Source of the DNA: Candidatus Eiseniibacteriota bacterium
GTDB taxonomy: Bacteria > Eisenbacteria > RBG-16-71-46 > CAZAMP01
Assembly (NCBI GenBank): GCA_965224245.1
Contig: OZ245046.1
Coordinates: 1,856,001 to 1,920,000 of the forward strand
Length of the DNA: 64,000 nucleotides
Direction of reading: 5' to 3'
The notes under the pieces were generated by a model. That model did not search any database, was not told where the DNA came from, and saw nothing but the letters and a program-made list of their open reading frames with translations. The position numbers were made by a program, and so were the translations under genes. Shown piece by piece: positions 22,283 to 31,897 of the stretch. Every line of letters begins with the position of its first letter. The first letter of the stretch is position 1.

Positions 22283-22840
22283 TCAGCGCCCTTCCGCCGA
22301 AAGAGTTACGAGCGCGCGGCGCTCGATCCGCCCCACGACGAGCCGCGCCACGTTCGCGTGCGGGTTCACCAGCAGCCCTCCGGGCACCGACCCCTCGCCG
22401 AGGCCGGCCAGCTGGGCGGTGGCCGCCTCCCACGCGGCGGACGGAGCGGGCCAGATCGGCACCCAGAGCGTTCCCACGTACGCGCGGACGCCCTCGAAGC
22501 GCGGCTCCATCCGGGCGATGCGCGCCGCCAGCGCGGGACGCTCGACCGCGCCGCGCTCACCTACCAGTATCCCCGGCCGCTCGAGTGGGGTTCCCTCGGC
22601 GCCCCAGCTCGCGTCCGCCCGTTCCTTGTTGGGGTTGGCGATCACGCTGGTCTCGGCGAGGAGGCGGTCCAGTCCGGCTCGCGCGTCGGCGTCACTGGCG
22701 GGGAGCTCGAGCTCGATGAGCGTCGAGCGCTCGAGGCCGTCCAGGGTCGCCGCATGGGGGTCGCGTCGGCGGAGCGAGCCGAGCGCCGAGCGTGCGGCCG
22801 GATCGGGCGTCTTCAGCTGGACGAGAATCTGGACGCTCAC
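22283..22840 (-). CDS. purS: PurS-like FGAM synthase subunit, apparently two tandem PurS units (185 aa)
   Basis: follows purQ with GTGA overlap; LKTPDPAA and IANPNKE in first half, LLVNPHAN in second half. Confidence 0.6.
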   Translation of the reverse strand: MSVQILVQLKTPDPAARSALGSLRRRDPHAATLDGLERSTLIELELPASDADARAGLDRLLAETSVIANPNKERADASWGAEGTPLERPGILVGERGAVERPALAARIARMEPRFEGVRAYVGTLWVPIWPAPSAAWEAATAQLAGLGEGSVPGGLLVNPHANVARLVVGRIERRALVTLSAEGR

Positions 22841-23703
22841 GCGCGCACCCCCAGGTGTCGCGCCAGGGCGGCAAAGACCTCGCGTCCCGGTCCGGGTGCG
22901 CTCATGGGATCCGGAGCGTCGCCGTCGGGAACCTGCCATCGCCGCTTGGCCTCGCCCCACGGGCCCGGCCAGCTCGGCGGAACCTGCCAGAGCCAGGCCG
23001 AGCGCTCGGGGTGCGGCATCAGCGCCAGCACGTTGCCCTCCCGGCTGGACACGCCGGCGGCCGCCCCCACGGCCCCGTTCGGGTTCTCCGGGAAGCCCGG
23101 GGCCGACTCGCCGCGGTGGCCCGCGTACCGGAACGCGATGCCGATCCCGGCCTCGAGCGCGCCGGCGATGACGGGATCGTGGGACGTGAACCGCCCCTCG
23201 CCGTGCGCGATCGGCATCGGCAGCAGTGTCCCCGGCGCCAGCCCGGTGGTGAAGACCGACGGGGAATCCGTCACCGCGAGCGTCACCCACCGCGTGTAGT
23301 AGCCCGATCGATCCGGCATGCGGTTGCGCGCCAGCGCGGCCCCCGGCACGCCGTCGCTGTTCCCGGGCACGAGCCCGGCCTCGACCAGCACCTGGGCGCC
23401 GTTGCAGATCCCCAGGATCGGCTTCCCCTCCTCGGCCTCGCGGCGCAGGTGATCCACGATCGGCTCGCGCGAGGCGATGGCTCCCGCGCGGACGCGATCC
23501 TGATACGAGAAGCCCCCGGGGATGACGACCGCATCGGCCTCCCCGATCGACTGCACCGGCGCGTTCCAGCGAACCACCGCCGCGTCCAGACCGACGGCGC
23601 GGAGCACGCGGGCGGTCTCCCACTCGCAGTTGACGCCCGGAAACTGCACGACCACGGCCCGGGGCCGATCCGACCGCGTCGCGCGCGGCGCTAGCGGAGC
23701 CAT
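22837..23703 (-). CDS. purQ: phosphoribosylformylglycinamidine synthase I (glutaminase)
   Basis: FPGVNC, PGGFSYQD, GICNGAQ, AHGEG, NPNG, MPHPER. Confidence 0.95.
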   Translation of the reverse strand: MAPLAPRATRSDRPRAVVVQFPGVNCEWETARVLRAVGLDAAVVRWNAPVQSIGEADAVVIPGGFSYQDRVRAGAIASREPIVDHLRREAEEGKPILGICNGAQVLVEAGLVPGNSDGVPGAALARNRMPDRSGYYTRWVTLAVTDSPSVFTTGLAPGTLLPMPIAHGEGRFTSHDPVIAGALEAGIGIAFRYAGHRGESAPGFPENPNGAVGAAAGVSSREGNVLALMPHPERSAWLWQVPPSWPGPWGEAKRRWQVPDGDAPDPMSAPGPGREVFAALARHLGVRA

Positions 23704-26057
23704 GTGCCGAGACCTCCCTGCCACAGAGAGCGGATGCGATCCACGTCGACGCGCACACGATCGTCGCCGGACGTGATCTCGAGCAGCGGCTGGGCCGTCA
23801 CCCGGCCCAGGTCGGCGCAGTCCACGCCGTGACGGGCGGCGCACGCGGCAATGGCATCGACGTCGTCCGGACCGACCGACAGGACGACGGCGCCGGCCTC
23901 GCCGAAGAGACGCGCGTCGAGTCGCGGGCCGCCCGCGAGCGCATCCAGCTCGACGCGCATTCCCAGCCCGGTCTCGAGCTCGGCGGGCACGAGCATCTCG
24001 AACAGCGTCACCAGGAGGCCGCCCTCGGAGACGTCGTGTGCGGCCGTCACGCCGCCGGTGCGATGCGCGTCCAGCACGGCGTGCATCAGGCGACGCTCGT
24101 GATCGACGTCGAGGCTCGGATACTCGGCGTCCAGGCCGAGCACGCGGGCGTAGAGGCTCCCGCCGAGGCGGGACTCCACGCGCCCCAGGACCACGAGCCT
24201 GTCGCCCGCGCGCTTGACCGACTGATCGCGCGCGCCCCGCACGTCGTCGATCACCCCCACGCAGCCGACGATCGGCGAGTGCGGGATCGGATCGCCGCCC
24301 ACCGACTGGTTGTAGAAGCTGACGTTGCCGGTGATGATGGGAACCGTGGTGCCGGGATCGTCGGCGAGACCGATCGCGGTGGCCGTCTCGGCGATACCTC
24401 GCACGGCCTCCCGAAACGCGGTGAAGACCTCGGGCACCTCGGGGTTGCCGAAGTTCAGGCAGTCCGAGAGCGCGATGGGCCTCGCCCCGACCGTGACGAC
24501 GTTTCGGATGGCACCCGCGGTCGCATACGCGCCCGCCTGGTAGGCATCGTCCCGCCCACGATGCGGGTTTCCGTCCACCGCCACCGCCATGCCGACGAGG
24601 GAGCCCGGGATCGGCGCGATGACGCAAGCGTCGGCCTCGCCGGGCCGCAGGACGGTCTGACCGCGCACCTCGGGGTCGTAGTGGCGGTACACGTAACCCC
24701 GCGACGCCCCATCCGGATGCGTGACCAGGCGTTCGAGGGTCGCCGGAACGTCCGCGAGCGCGACGTCGGTCGCCGGGTGCGCCGGTCGTGACGGCGGCGC
24801 GGGTACGGGCGCCGCCTTCCGCTCGTATGCGATGCCCTCGGTCAGATCCCGGGCGGCCACCCGGGCCACCACCGCGCCCTGGTGGTGGATCGTGACCTGC
24901 CCATCGTCGGTGAAGCGGCCGAGCACCACGGCGCCGGCGCCGGGGTGCAGCCCCGGCAGATCGAACTCGCTCTCGTAGATCGCGATCACCCGCGCGGCCA
25001 TGCGCTCGGGCACCGCCCACACGAACCGTTCCTGGGTCTCGCCGACCAGGATCACCTCCGCCGGCAGGTCGCGCTCGGCCGTGCGGACCGCGTCGAGGTG
25101 GATCTCGACCCCGAAGTTCCCCGCGTCGGCCAGCTCGACGGTGGCGCCCCCGATCCCACCGGCGCCGAGGTCCTTGAACCCGACCTCCACGCCGGCGGCG
25201 AAGAGCTCGTCCAGCACGACGCGATTGGCCTCGGCGATGACGCGCTTCAGAAACGGGTCAGCGACCTGCACCGCACCCAGATTCCCGCCCGAGTCGTCGG
25301 CCTCCAGGTCCGCCGACGCGAACGAGGCGCCGCCGAAGCCCGACGAGTCGGTGGGCTTGCCCACGAGGATGGCCACGTACGGCTCCTGGGTGGCGCGCTG
25401 CGGCACCCGGCTGCGCACGATGCGGTCCTCGGGCACGATGCCGAGCGCGACCACGTTGACCAGGCAGTTGTCGTCGAAGCCCTCGTCGAAGTAGACGTCG
25501 CCGCCGAGGTTGGGGACACCGAGCGCGTTTCCGTAGCTCCAGATTCCGTCCACCACCCCGCGCGCGATGTCGGCGCACGCCGGCGTGCGCGGATCGCCGA
25601 ACCGAAGAGCATCGAGCACGCCCACGACGTCGGCCCCCATGCAGTACACGTCGCGCACGATTCCACCGATGCCGGTCGCGGCCCCCTCGACCGGCAGCAC
25701 CTGCGAGGGGTGGTTGTGACTCTCGTGGCTCATGACCACGCAGTACGACCGACCGTTGTGCGTGGCCAGACGCACGATGCCGGCGTCCTCACCGGGTCCC
25801 AGCACGACGTGCCGGGGCAGCGACTTCCCGGTGAAGAAGCGCGAGAGCACGGGACGGCTCGACTTGTAGGAGCAGTGCTCGCTCCAGGCCACGTCGAACA
25901 GGAACGCCTCGGCGCGGGTGGGATCCCGACCGAGAAGGCCTCCCAGGCGACGCGCCTCGGAGGGCGACATCGCCAGCCCGTGTCCGACCAGCTCGCCGGC
26001 CACGGCCTGTTCGGAGCGACCGATGACCGAGACGATGACGGGCGCCGACGTCGTCAT
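23691..26057 (-). CDS. purL: phosphoribosylformylglycinamidine synthase II (small PurL)
   Basis: WSEHCSYKSS, ESHNHPS, GAATGIGGIVRD, DLGAGG, ETQER, LNFGNPE, GNVSFYN. Confidence 0.96.
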   Translation of the reverse strand: MTTSAPVIVSVIGRSEQAVAGELVGHGLAMSPSEARRLGGLLGRDPTRAEAFLFDVAWSEHCSYKSSRPVLSRFFTGKSLPRHVVLGPGEDAGIVRLATHNGRSYCVVMSHESHNHPSQVLPVEGAATGIGGIVRDVYCMGADVVGVLDALRFGDPRTPACADIARGVVDGIWSYGNALGVPNLGGDVYFDEGFDDNCLVNVVALGIVPEDRIVRSRVPQRATQEPYVAILVGKPTDSSGFGGASFASADLEADDSGGNLGAVQVADPFLKRVIAEANRVVLDELFAAGVEVGFKDLGAGGIGGATVELADAGNFGVEIHLDAVRTAERDLPAEVILVGETQERFVWAVPERMAARVIAIYESEFDLPGLHPGAGAVVLGRFTDDGQVTIHHQGAVVARVAARDLTEGIAYERKAAPVPAPPSRPAHPATDVALADVPATLERLVTHPDGASRGYVYRHYDPEVRGQTVLRPGEADACVIAPIPGSLVGMAVAVDGNPHRGRDDAYQAGAYATAGAIRNVVTVGARPIALSDCLNFGNPEVPEVFTAFREAVRGIAETATAIGLADDPGTTVPIITGNVSFYNQSVGGDPIPHSPIVGCVGVIDDVRGARDQSVKRAGDRLVVLGRVESRLGGSLYARVLGLDAEYPSLDVDHERRLMHAVLDAHRTGGVTAAHDVSEGGLLVTLFEMLVPAELETGLGMRVELDALAGGPRLDARLFGEAGAVVLSVGPDDVDAIAACAARHGVDCADLGRVTAQPLLEITSGDDRVRVDVDRIRSLWQGGLGTWLR

Positions 26058-27346
26058 GAGAGGGTCCTCTCGTAGATGGCGTCCACGTGTCGGAGCACGT
26101 GATCCAGATCGAACAGCCGATCCAGCTCCGCGACATCCAGAGCCGCGGTGACCTCGGGATCGGCGGCGAGACGATCGCGCAGGCGCCCCCCCTCGTTCCA
26201 GCACGCCAGTGCGTGGCGCTGGACGATCGCATAGGCGGCCTCGCGATCCTCGAGCGCCTGGGTCAGCGCCAGGAGCACGTGCCCGGAGAACACGAGCCCG
26301 CCGGTCAGCTCGAGGTCGTGCCGGAGACGATCCTCGTTCACGTCGAGCCGCTCCAGGATGACCCGGAACCGATCGAGCATGTAGTCGGCCAGCGTCAACG
26401 AGTCCGGCAGGATCACGCGCTCGACCGACGAGTGCGAGATGTCCCGCTCGTGCCACAGCGCCATGTTCTCCAGCGCGGCCAGCGCGTTCGCGCGCAGCAC
26501 CCGCGCCAGGCCCGACACGCGCTCGGCGGTGATCGGGTTCTTCTTGTGCGGCATCGCCGAGGAGCCCTTCTGACCCGGCGCGAACCCCTCGCACACCTCG
26601 TGGAGCTCGGTGCGGTGCAGGTGGCGGATCTCGGTGGCGAAGCGCTCCAGACCGCCGCCGAGAACGGCCAGCGCCGTCATCAGCTCGCCGTGCCGATCGC
26701 GACACAGTACCTGCGTGGCGATCGGGTCGGTGGCGAGACCGAGACGCTCCAGCACGTCGGCCTCCACGGCCGGCGAGTGATGCGGGCACGTGCCCACCGC
26801 GCCCGACAGCTTGCCCACGCGCATCGTCTCTCGCGCGCGGACGAGCCGCTCCCGGTCGCGCGCGAGCTCCGCGTACCAGGACAGGAACTTCATGCCCAGC
26901 GTCATCGGCTCGGCGTGGACGCCGTGCGTCCGGCCGACCATCGGCGTCCGGCGATGCCGCTCGGCCAGCTCGCGGAGCATGGCGATCACCCGATCGAGGG
27001 ACTCCAGGATCACCGCACAGCTGCGGGTGATCCGGATGGCCTGTGCCGTGTCGACCAGGTCGGTCGACGTCATGCCGTAGTGGATCCAGCGGCGTTCCGG
27101 GCCGAGCCCCTCCGCGAGCACGGTCAGGAACGCGATGACGTCGTGATCCAGCGTGCGCTCGAGCTCGGCCACGCGCTCGGGCGTCGGCACCGCCTGCGCG
27201 GCCACGGCCGCCGCGGCGCCCGCCTCGGCCTGACCGTCCGCCTCGAGCGCCGCCACCAGCGCCACCTCGACGTCCTTCCAGATGGCGAACTTCGTGGCCT
27301 CCGACCAGAGCGCCGCCAGCTCGGGCCGCATGTAGCGCGAAATCAC
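26054..27346 (-). CDS. purB: adenylosuccinate lyase
   Basis: HDVIAF, HYGMTSTD, GRTHGVHAEP, GSSAMPHKKNP, WHERDISHSS. Confidence 0.97.
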   Translation of the reverse strand: MISRYMRPELAALWSEATKFAIWKDVEVALVAALEADGQAEAGAAAAVAAQAVPTPERVAELERTLDHDVIAFLTVLAEGLGPERRWIHYGMTSTDLVDTAQAIRITRSCAVILESLDRVIAMLRELAERHRRTPMVGRTHGVHAEPMTLGMKFLSWYAELARDRERLVRARETMRVGKLSGAVGTCPHHSPAVEADVLERLGLATDPIATQVLCRDRHGELMTALAVLGGGLERFATEIRHLHRTELHEVCEGFAPGQKGSSAMPHKKNPITAERVSGLARVLRANALAALENMALWHERDISHSSVERVILPDSLTLADYMLDRFRVILERLDVNEDRLRHDLELTGGLVFSGHVLLALTQALEDREAAYAIVQRHALACWNEGGRLRDRLAADPEVTAALDVAELDRLFDLDHVLRHVDAIYERTLS

Positions 27347-28563
27347 TCCGATCCTCCCCCGGACCTGCCGTCCCGGCCGCGCGCCGACATCGTCGGACGA
27401 CTCTGGATGACCATCGGGATCTCCATCTCGACACCGTCCCGCTCGACGCCGAACCGGACGGTGTCGCCGATCCGGGCCCCGAAGATCTCGCGGAACGCGG
27501 CGTCGCGGTTGCGAATGGGGCGTCCGTTGACCTGGTAGATGACGTCGTACAAACGGAAGTCCGCCGTCTCGCCCGGCGAGCCCGGCTCGATCTTCCGTAC
27601 CACGACCCCTTCGGTGCTGAAAACATTCAAATGACGCCGGATGTGAGGCGTCAGATCGCTGACCCCCAGGCCGAACCAGGGCTCGCGTACTTCGCCGTAG
27701 GTGACGATGTCGCTGACCACGTCCTCGACCGCATTGATCGGGATCGCGAACCCCAGCCCCGAGTTGACGCCCGAGCTGAGGATGAACGTGTTGATGCCGA
27801 TCACCTCGCCCCGTGCGTTCACGAGCGGGCCCCCCGAGTTGCCGGGATTGATGGTCGCGTCGGTCTGGATCATGTCCTTGTAGATCGCACCCCGGCCCCG
27901 GGTGGACGGACTCACGTCATACTCCAACTCACGGCCGAGACCACTTACCACGCCGACAGTTACCGATGGTCGGGAATCGCGGAAATAGAACCCGAACGGG
28001 TTGCCGATCGCGATCACCCACTCCCCGACGATCAGCCCGTCCGAGTCGCCGCGGGGTGCGGCGTCCAGCGCCGTGTCGGCGTTCAAACGGAGCACGGCCA
28101 GGTCGTAGTAGGGCGCCTGCCCCACGATCTCGATCTCGTTGCGGCCGAAGAAGCGCCCGTCGGGAAGCACGACCCAGATGTCGCTGGCGTCGGTGAGCAC
28201 GTGGTTGTTCGTGACGATCAGACCGCGGCGATCGATGACGAGCCCCGATCCGATCTCCCACTCCGACTCCAGGCGCGGCACGAAGCGCTGGAAGAGATCG
28301 TCGAAGGGCCCCGGCAACGGCGGACGCGGCGTGTTGACGGCGATCGTGACCACCGAGTCCGAGACACGCTCGACCGCGCGGACGATCGCCGTCCGCCGGC
28401 TCTGGGCGATGTCGTCGGCGACCTCACCGCCACCGGCGACGTCTCCCGCGCCGGTGACCGGGGACCCGGCGCCCGCCCCGCGAAGTGGCGGACGCCACCC
28501 GGTGACCAGAGCGGCGAGGATCAGCCCGACGACGAACGTCGCGACGTAGCCCAGCGGGCGCAT
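27343..28563 (-). CDS. HtrA/DegP-like serine protease with one PDZ domain
   Basis: N-terminal hydrophobic anchor, TNNHV, DLAVL, IQTDATINPGNSGGPL, C-terminal PDZ. Confidence 0.93.
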   Translation of the reverse strand: MRPLGYVATFVVGLILAALVTGWRPPLRGAGAGSPVTGAGDVAGGGEVADDIAQSRRTAIVRAVERVSDSVVTIAVNTPRPPLPGPFDDLFQRFVPRLESEWEIGSGLVIDRRGLIVTNNHVLTDASDIWVVLPDGRFFGRNEIEIVGQAPYYDLAVLRLNADTALDAAPRGDSDGLIVGEWVIAIGNPFGFYFRDSRPSVTVGVVSGLGRELEYDVSPSTRGRGAIYKDMIQTDATINPGNSGGPLVNARGEVIGINTFILSSGVNSGLGFAIPINAVEDVVSDIVTYGEVREPWFGLGVSDLTPHIRRHLNVFSTEGVVVRKIEPGSPGETADFRLYDVIYQVNGRPIRNRDAAFREIFGARIGDTVRFGVERDGVEMEIPMVIQSRPTMSARGRDGRSGGGSE

Positions 28564-28572
28564 GCGAGCTCT

Positions 28573-29226
28573 CTACGTGTTGGCCTTGACCTTCTCCCAG
28601 TCCGCCAGGAAGCGCTCCAGACCGATGTCGGTCAGCGGGTGCTTGATGAGCTGCTGGAAGGTCTTGAACGGCATCGTGCCGATGTCGCCGCCGGCGAGCG
28701 CGGCCTCGGTCACGTGCATCGGATGTCGGATGCTGGCCACCAGCACCTCGGTGTCGAACGCGTAGTTCTCGAACACGGCGACGATCTCGCGGATCAGCTC
28801 CATGCCGTCGTGTCCGGTGTCGTCGAGGCGCCCGATGAACGGACTCACCATGCTCGCTCCGGCCTTCGCCGCCACCAGCGCCTGGTTGGTGGAGAAGACG
28901 AGCGTGCAGTTCGTCCGGATGCCCTCCGAGGTGCACGTGGTCAGGGCCTTGACGCCGGCCTCGATCATCGGGAGCTTGACCACGACGTTGCCCGCCAGCG
29001 CGGCCAGCGTCCGTGCCTCGGTCATCATCGCGTCGTACTCGGTCGCCGTGACCTCGGCGCTGACCGGACCGTCCACGATCTCGCAGATCGCCTGGATGTG
29101 CGAGTGGAACGACGAGATCGACTCCTTGGCGATCAGCGACGGGTTCGTGGTCACCCCGTCGAGGATGCCCATCGACTGGGCCTCACGAATCTCGTTCAGG
29201 TTGGCGGTATCCAGAAAGAACTTCAT
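28573..29226 (-). CDS. tal: transaldolase (small TalC/FSA family)
   Basis: [32 protein letters not shown] (Glu/Phe pattern favours transaldolase over FSA); GAGGAG RBS. Confidence 0.92.
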   Translation of the reverse strand: MKFFLDTANLNEIREAQSMGILDGVTTNPSLIAKESISSFHSHIQAICEIVDGPVSAEVTATEYDAMMTEARTLAALAGNVVVKLPMIEAGVKALTTCTSEGIRTNCTLVFSTNQALVAAKAGASMVSPFIGRLDDTGHDGMELIREIVAVFENYAFDTEVLVASIRHPMHVTEAALAGGDIGTMPFKTFQQLIKHPLTDIGLERFLADWEKVKANT

Positions 29227-29273
29227 CGGGGGCGCACTCCTCGCTTGCGAACGCCTCGGGTTTGAAGCGGTGC

Positions 29274-29282
29274 ATGCTATCA
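29274..29282 (-). promoter_or_regulatory. candidate extended -10 promoter for tal
   Basis: TG-A-TAGCAT in the truA-tal gap. Confidence 0.3.
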
Positions 29283-29309
29283 CAGCCGCCGCCGGGTGTC
29301 TCCCCGGGC

Positions 29310-30071
29310 TCAATCCCCCGTCGGGGGCCGGAGATCGGCCTCGTCGTAGGCGACGCGCACCAGCGTGAGTCCCCGCGCCGGAGCGGTCGGACCGGCCTGC
29401 CGCCGATCGCACGAGTCGAGGATCTCGCGCATCCGCGCGGCCGGCCACCGACCTCGTCCGATCTCGACCAGGGTACCGACGACGTTTCGGACCATGTGAT
29501 GCAGAAAGCGATCGGCCGTGATCCAGAACGCGAGACCCTCCTCCCATCGCTCCCAGCGCAGCTCGCTCACGTTGCATCGCTTGTGCGGCGCGGTGTCGGC
29601 ACTGGCCGCGAACGCGCCGAAGTCGTGCTCGCCCAGGATCGCCTGGGTCGCGTGCAGCATCGACGCCATCTCCAGCCGGTAGCCGGGATGCCACGCGCTC
29701 GCGCGGTGGATCGCCGACGGGGCGTCGAGGAGCCGATACCGGTACGTGCGCGAACGAGCCGAGAACCGGGCGTGAAACGCGTCGGCCACCCGGGCGATCC
29801 GACGCACGACCACGTCCTCACCGATCAGCGCATTCACCCCCCCGGTGACGCGTCTCGGGTCGATCTCGCGATCCAGGAGAAAGCTCGCTTCCTGCGCATC
29901 GGCGTGCACGCCCGCGTCGGTGCGCCCGGCGCCCGCGAGCGGGACGGGCTCCCCCAGCACCGTCTCGAGCGCCTGCATCAGCTCGCCCTGCACGCTGCGG
30001 TCGCTCGGCTGGCGCTGCCAGCCGTGGAAGTGTGTGCCGTCGTACGTGACCGTGAGCCGGTACGTGGGCAC
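29310..30071 (-). CDS. truA: tRNA pseudouridine(38-40) synthase
   Basis: [42 protein letters not shown]. Confidence 0.96.
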   Translation of the reverse strand: MPTYRLTVTYDGTHFHGWQRQPSDRSVQGELMQALETVLGEPVPLAGAGRTDAGVHADAQEASFLLDREIDPRRVTGGVNALIGEDVVVRRIARVADAFHARFSARSRTYRYRLLDAPSAIHRASAWHPGYRLEMASMLHATQAILGEHDFGAFAASADTAPHKRCNVSELRWERWEEGLAFWITADRFLHHMVRNVVGTLVEIGRGRWPAARMREILDSCDRRQAGPTAPARGLTLVRVAYDEADLRPPTGD

Positions 30072-30074
30072 GGG

Positions 30075-30872
30075 CTACGTCCCGAGTCGGGAGGCGGCGA
30101 GCCCCACGAGCACGGTCGCGCTCGCGACGACCACGGCCGCCGTGTCGCGAGCGTGCCAGCGTCGGCCGACGAGGTACGGCCGGGCCAGTCCGGGGCGGTA
30201 CCCCCGCGCGATCAGATGCTCGGCCAGCGCGCCGGCCCGCAGGAGCGCCCCGGCGAACACCGGCGTGAACAGCGGCACCAGCGCTCGCGCGCGATCCCGC
30301 CAGCCACCGCCGATCGAGAGCCCCCGCAGGCGCTGGCACTCGTGGATCCGTCGCGCCTCGTCCAGAAGGAGCGGCGTGAACCGCACCACGAGCTGGAGCT
30401 GAAAGATGGCGGCGTGTACGCGGTTCCCGAGCACGCGGGCCAGAGGGGCGATCAGTGCGCCGATCGCCTCCGCGGAGAGCTCCGCCCGCGTGGTCAGGGC
30501 GAGCAGCTGCGACCACGCGGCGAGCGTCGCGATGCGCCCTCCGAAGCGCACGCCGGCGAGAGCCGGGAGCGCGTCTCCGCCGCCGGCGCGGTCGTGGAAG
30601 AGCCCCACGAGCCACGTGTTCAAGACGAACGCGACCACGAACCCGCCGACGGTGAGCCCCGCCACGCGCCGTCGCGCGGTGCCGTCGCCCACGGCCAGCG
30701 CCAGCCCCAGCCCGGTGGCCGCCAGGATCACGCCGAGCCAGGCAGGCGCGACGAAGGCGGCGAGCATCACGAGGATCGTGACCAGCACCCGCGCGCGCGG
30801 ATCGATCGACCCGAGCGCCCGACGGACCCCCGCGCTCCCTGCGGGAGCGTCGCGGTCGTCCGCCGCCGTCAT
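30075..30872 (-). CDS. ecfT: energy-coupling factor transporter T component (CbiQ/EcfT)
   Basis: IDPRAR start, TM helices, LTT..E, RFTPLLLDEARRI..QRLRG, LIARGY coupling motifs. Confidence 0.82.
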   Translation of the reverse strand: MTAADDRDAPAGSAGVRRALGSIDPRARVLVTILVMLAAFVAPAWLGVILAATGLGLALAVGDGTARRRVAGLTVGGFVVAFVLNTWLVGLFHDRAGGGDALPALAGVRFGGRIATLAAWSQLLALTTRAELSAEAIGALIAPLARVLGNRVHAAIFQLQLVVRFTPLLLDEARRIHECQRLRGLSIGGGWRDRARALVPLFTPVFAGALLRAGALAEHLIARGYRPGLARPYLVGRRWHARDTAAVVVASATVLVGLAASRLGT

Positions 30873-31897
30873 GCGAGGAGCCCCATCGCGTCGGCGATCT
30901 GAATCGCGTTGGTCGCCGCGCCCTTTCGGAGATTGTCACCCACGACCCAGAACGCCAGCCCGTTGGGCAGGCCCGGGTCGCGTCGCACCCGGCCCACGAG
31001 TACCTCGTCGCGGCCGTCCGCGTCGTGCGGCGTCGGCCAGTCGTCGATCTCCCCCCGGACACCGAGCCCGACGCCCGGGCTGGCCTCCCAGAGCGCGATC
31101 GCCTCCGTCGGACCCAGCGGCGCCCGCAGCTCGACGTGCGCCGCCACCGCGTGCGAGTTGAACGACGCCACGCGCACGCACGTGAACGACGTCGCGAGGT
31201 CGGTCGTCCCGAGGATTCGCATCGTCTCCTCGGTCATCTTCCACTCCTCGCGCGAGCGGCCGTCCTCGCGCATGCCGCCCACCTGGGGGAGGCAATTGAA
31301 CGCGAGCGGTCGCGGAAACACCTCCGCCGGCGCCGGTCGACCATCGAGGACCGCCCGCGCCCCGAGATCCAGCTCCCGCGTGGCCGGTGCTCCGGCCCCC
31401 GATGCGGCCTGGAAGGTCACCCCGATCACCCGCCGCACGCCGGCGGCCCGATGGAGCGGGGCCAGCGCCATTACGAGCACGATCGTCGAGCAGTTCGGGT
31501 TCGCCACCAGCCGGCGCGACTCCGCCAGCACGTGTCCGTTCACCTCGGGGACCACCAGCGGTACGTCGGGATCGAGGCGGTACGTGGCCGAGTTGTCGAT
31601 CACGACCGACCCGGCCGAGAGCGCTCGTGGCACCCACTCGGCGGCCAGCTCGTCGCCCAGCGCGAAGAGACACACGTCCAGACCATCGAACGCGCGCTCG
31701 TCGAGCGGCACGACCTCGAGCCTCCCATCCCCATAGGCGATCGGTCGGCCGCTCGAGCGCTCGGACGCCACGACGCGAACCCGCTCGGGAGCCACGCCGC
31801 GCTCCGCGAGCGCCGTGAGCATCGTGGTGCCGACCGCCCCGGTCGCGCCGATGACGCCCACGCGGGTCCGTCCCGTCGAGTCGAGTGCGTGCGTCAT
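30869..31897 (-). CDS. asd: aspartate-semialdehyde dehydrogenase
   Basis: GATGAVG, VPLVVPEVN, NPNCST, SGAG, DNLRKGAATN. Confidence 0.96.
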   Translation of the reverse strand: MTHALDSTGRTRVGVIGATGAVGTTMLTALAERGVAPERVRVVASERSSGRPIAYGDGRLEVVPLDERAFDGLDVCLFALGDELAAEWVPRALSAGSVVIDNSATYRLDPDVPLVVPEVNGHVLAESRRLVANPNCSTIVLVMALAPLHRAAGVRRVIGVTFQAASGAGAPATRELDLGARAVLDGRPAPAEVFPRPLAFNCLPQVGGMREDGRSREEWKMTEETMRILGTTDLATSFTCVRVASFNSHAVAAHVELRAPLGPTEAIALWEASPGVGLGVRGEIDDWPTPHDADGRDEVLVGRVRRDPGLPNGLAFWVVGDNLRKGAATNAIQIADAMGLLA

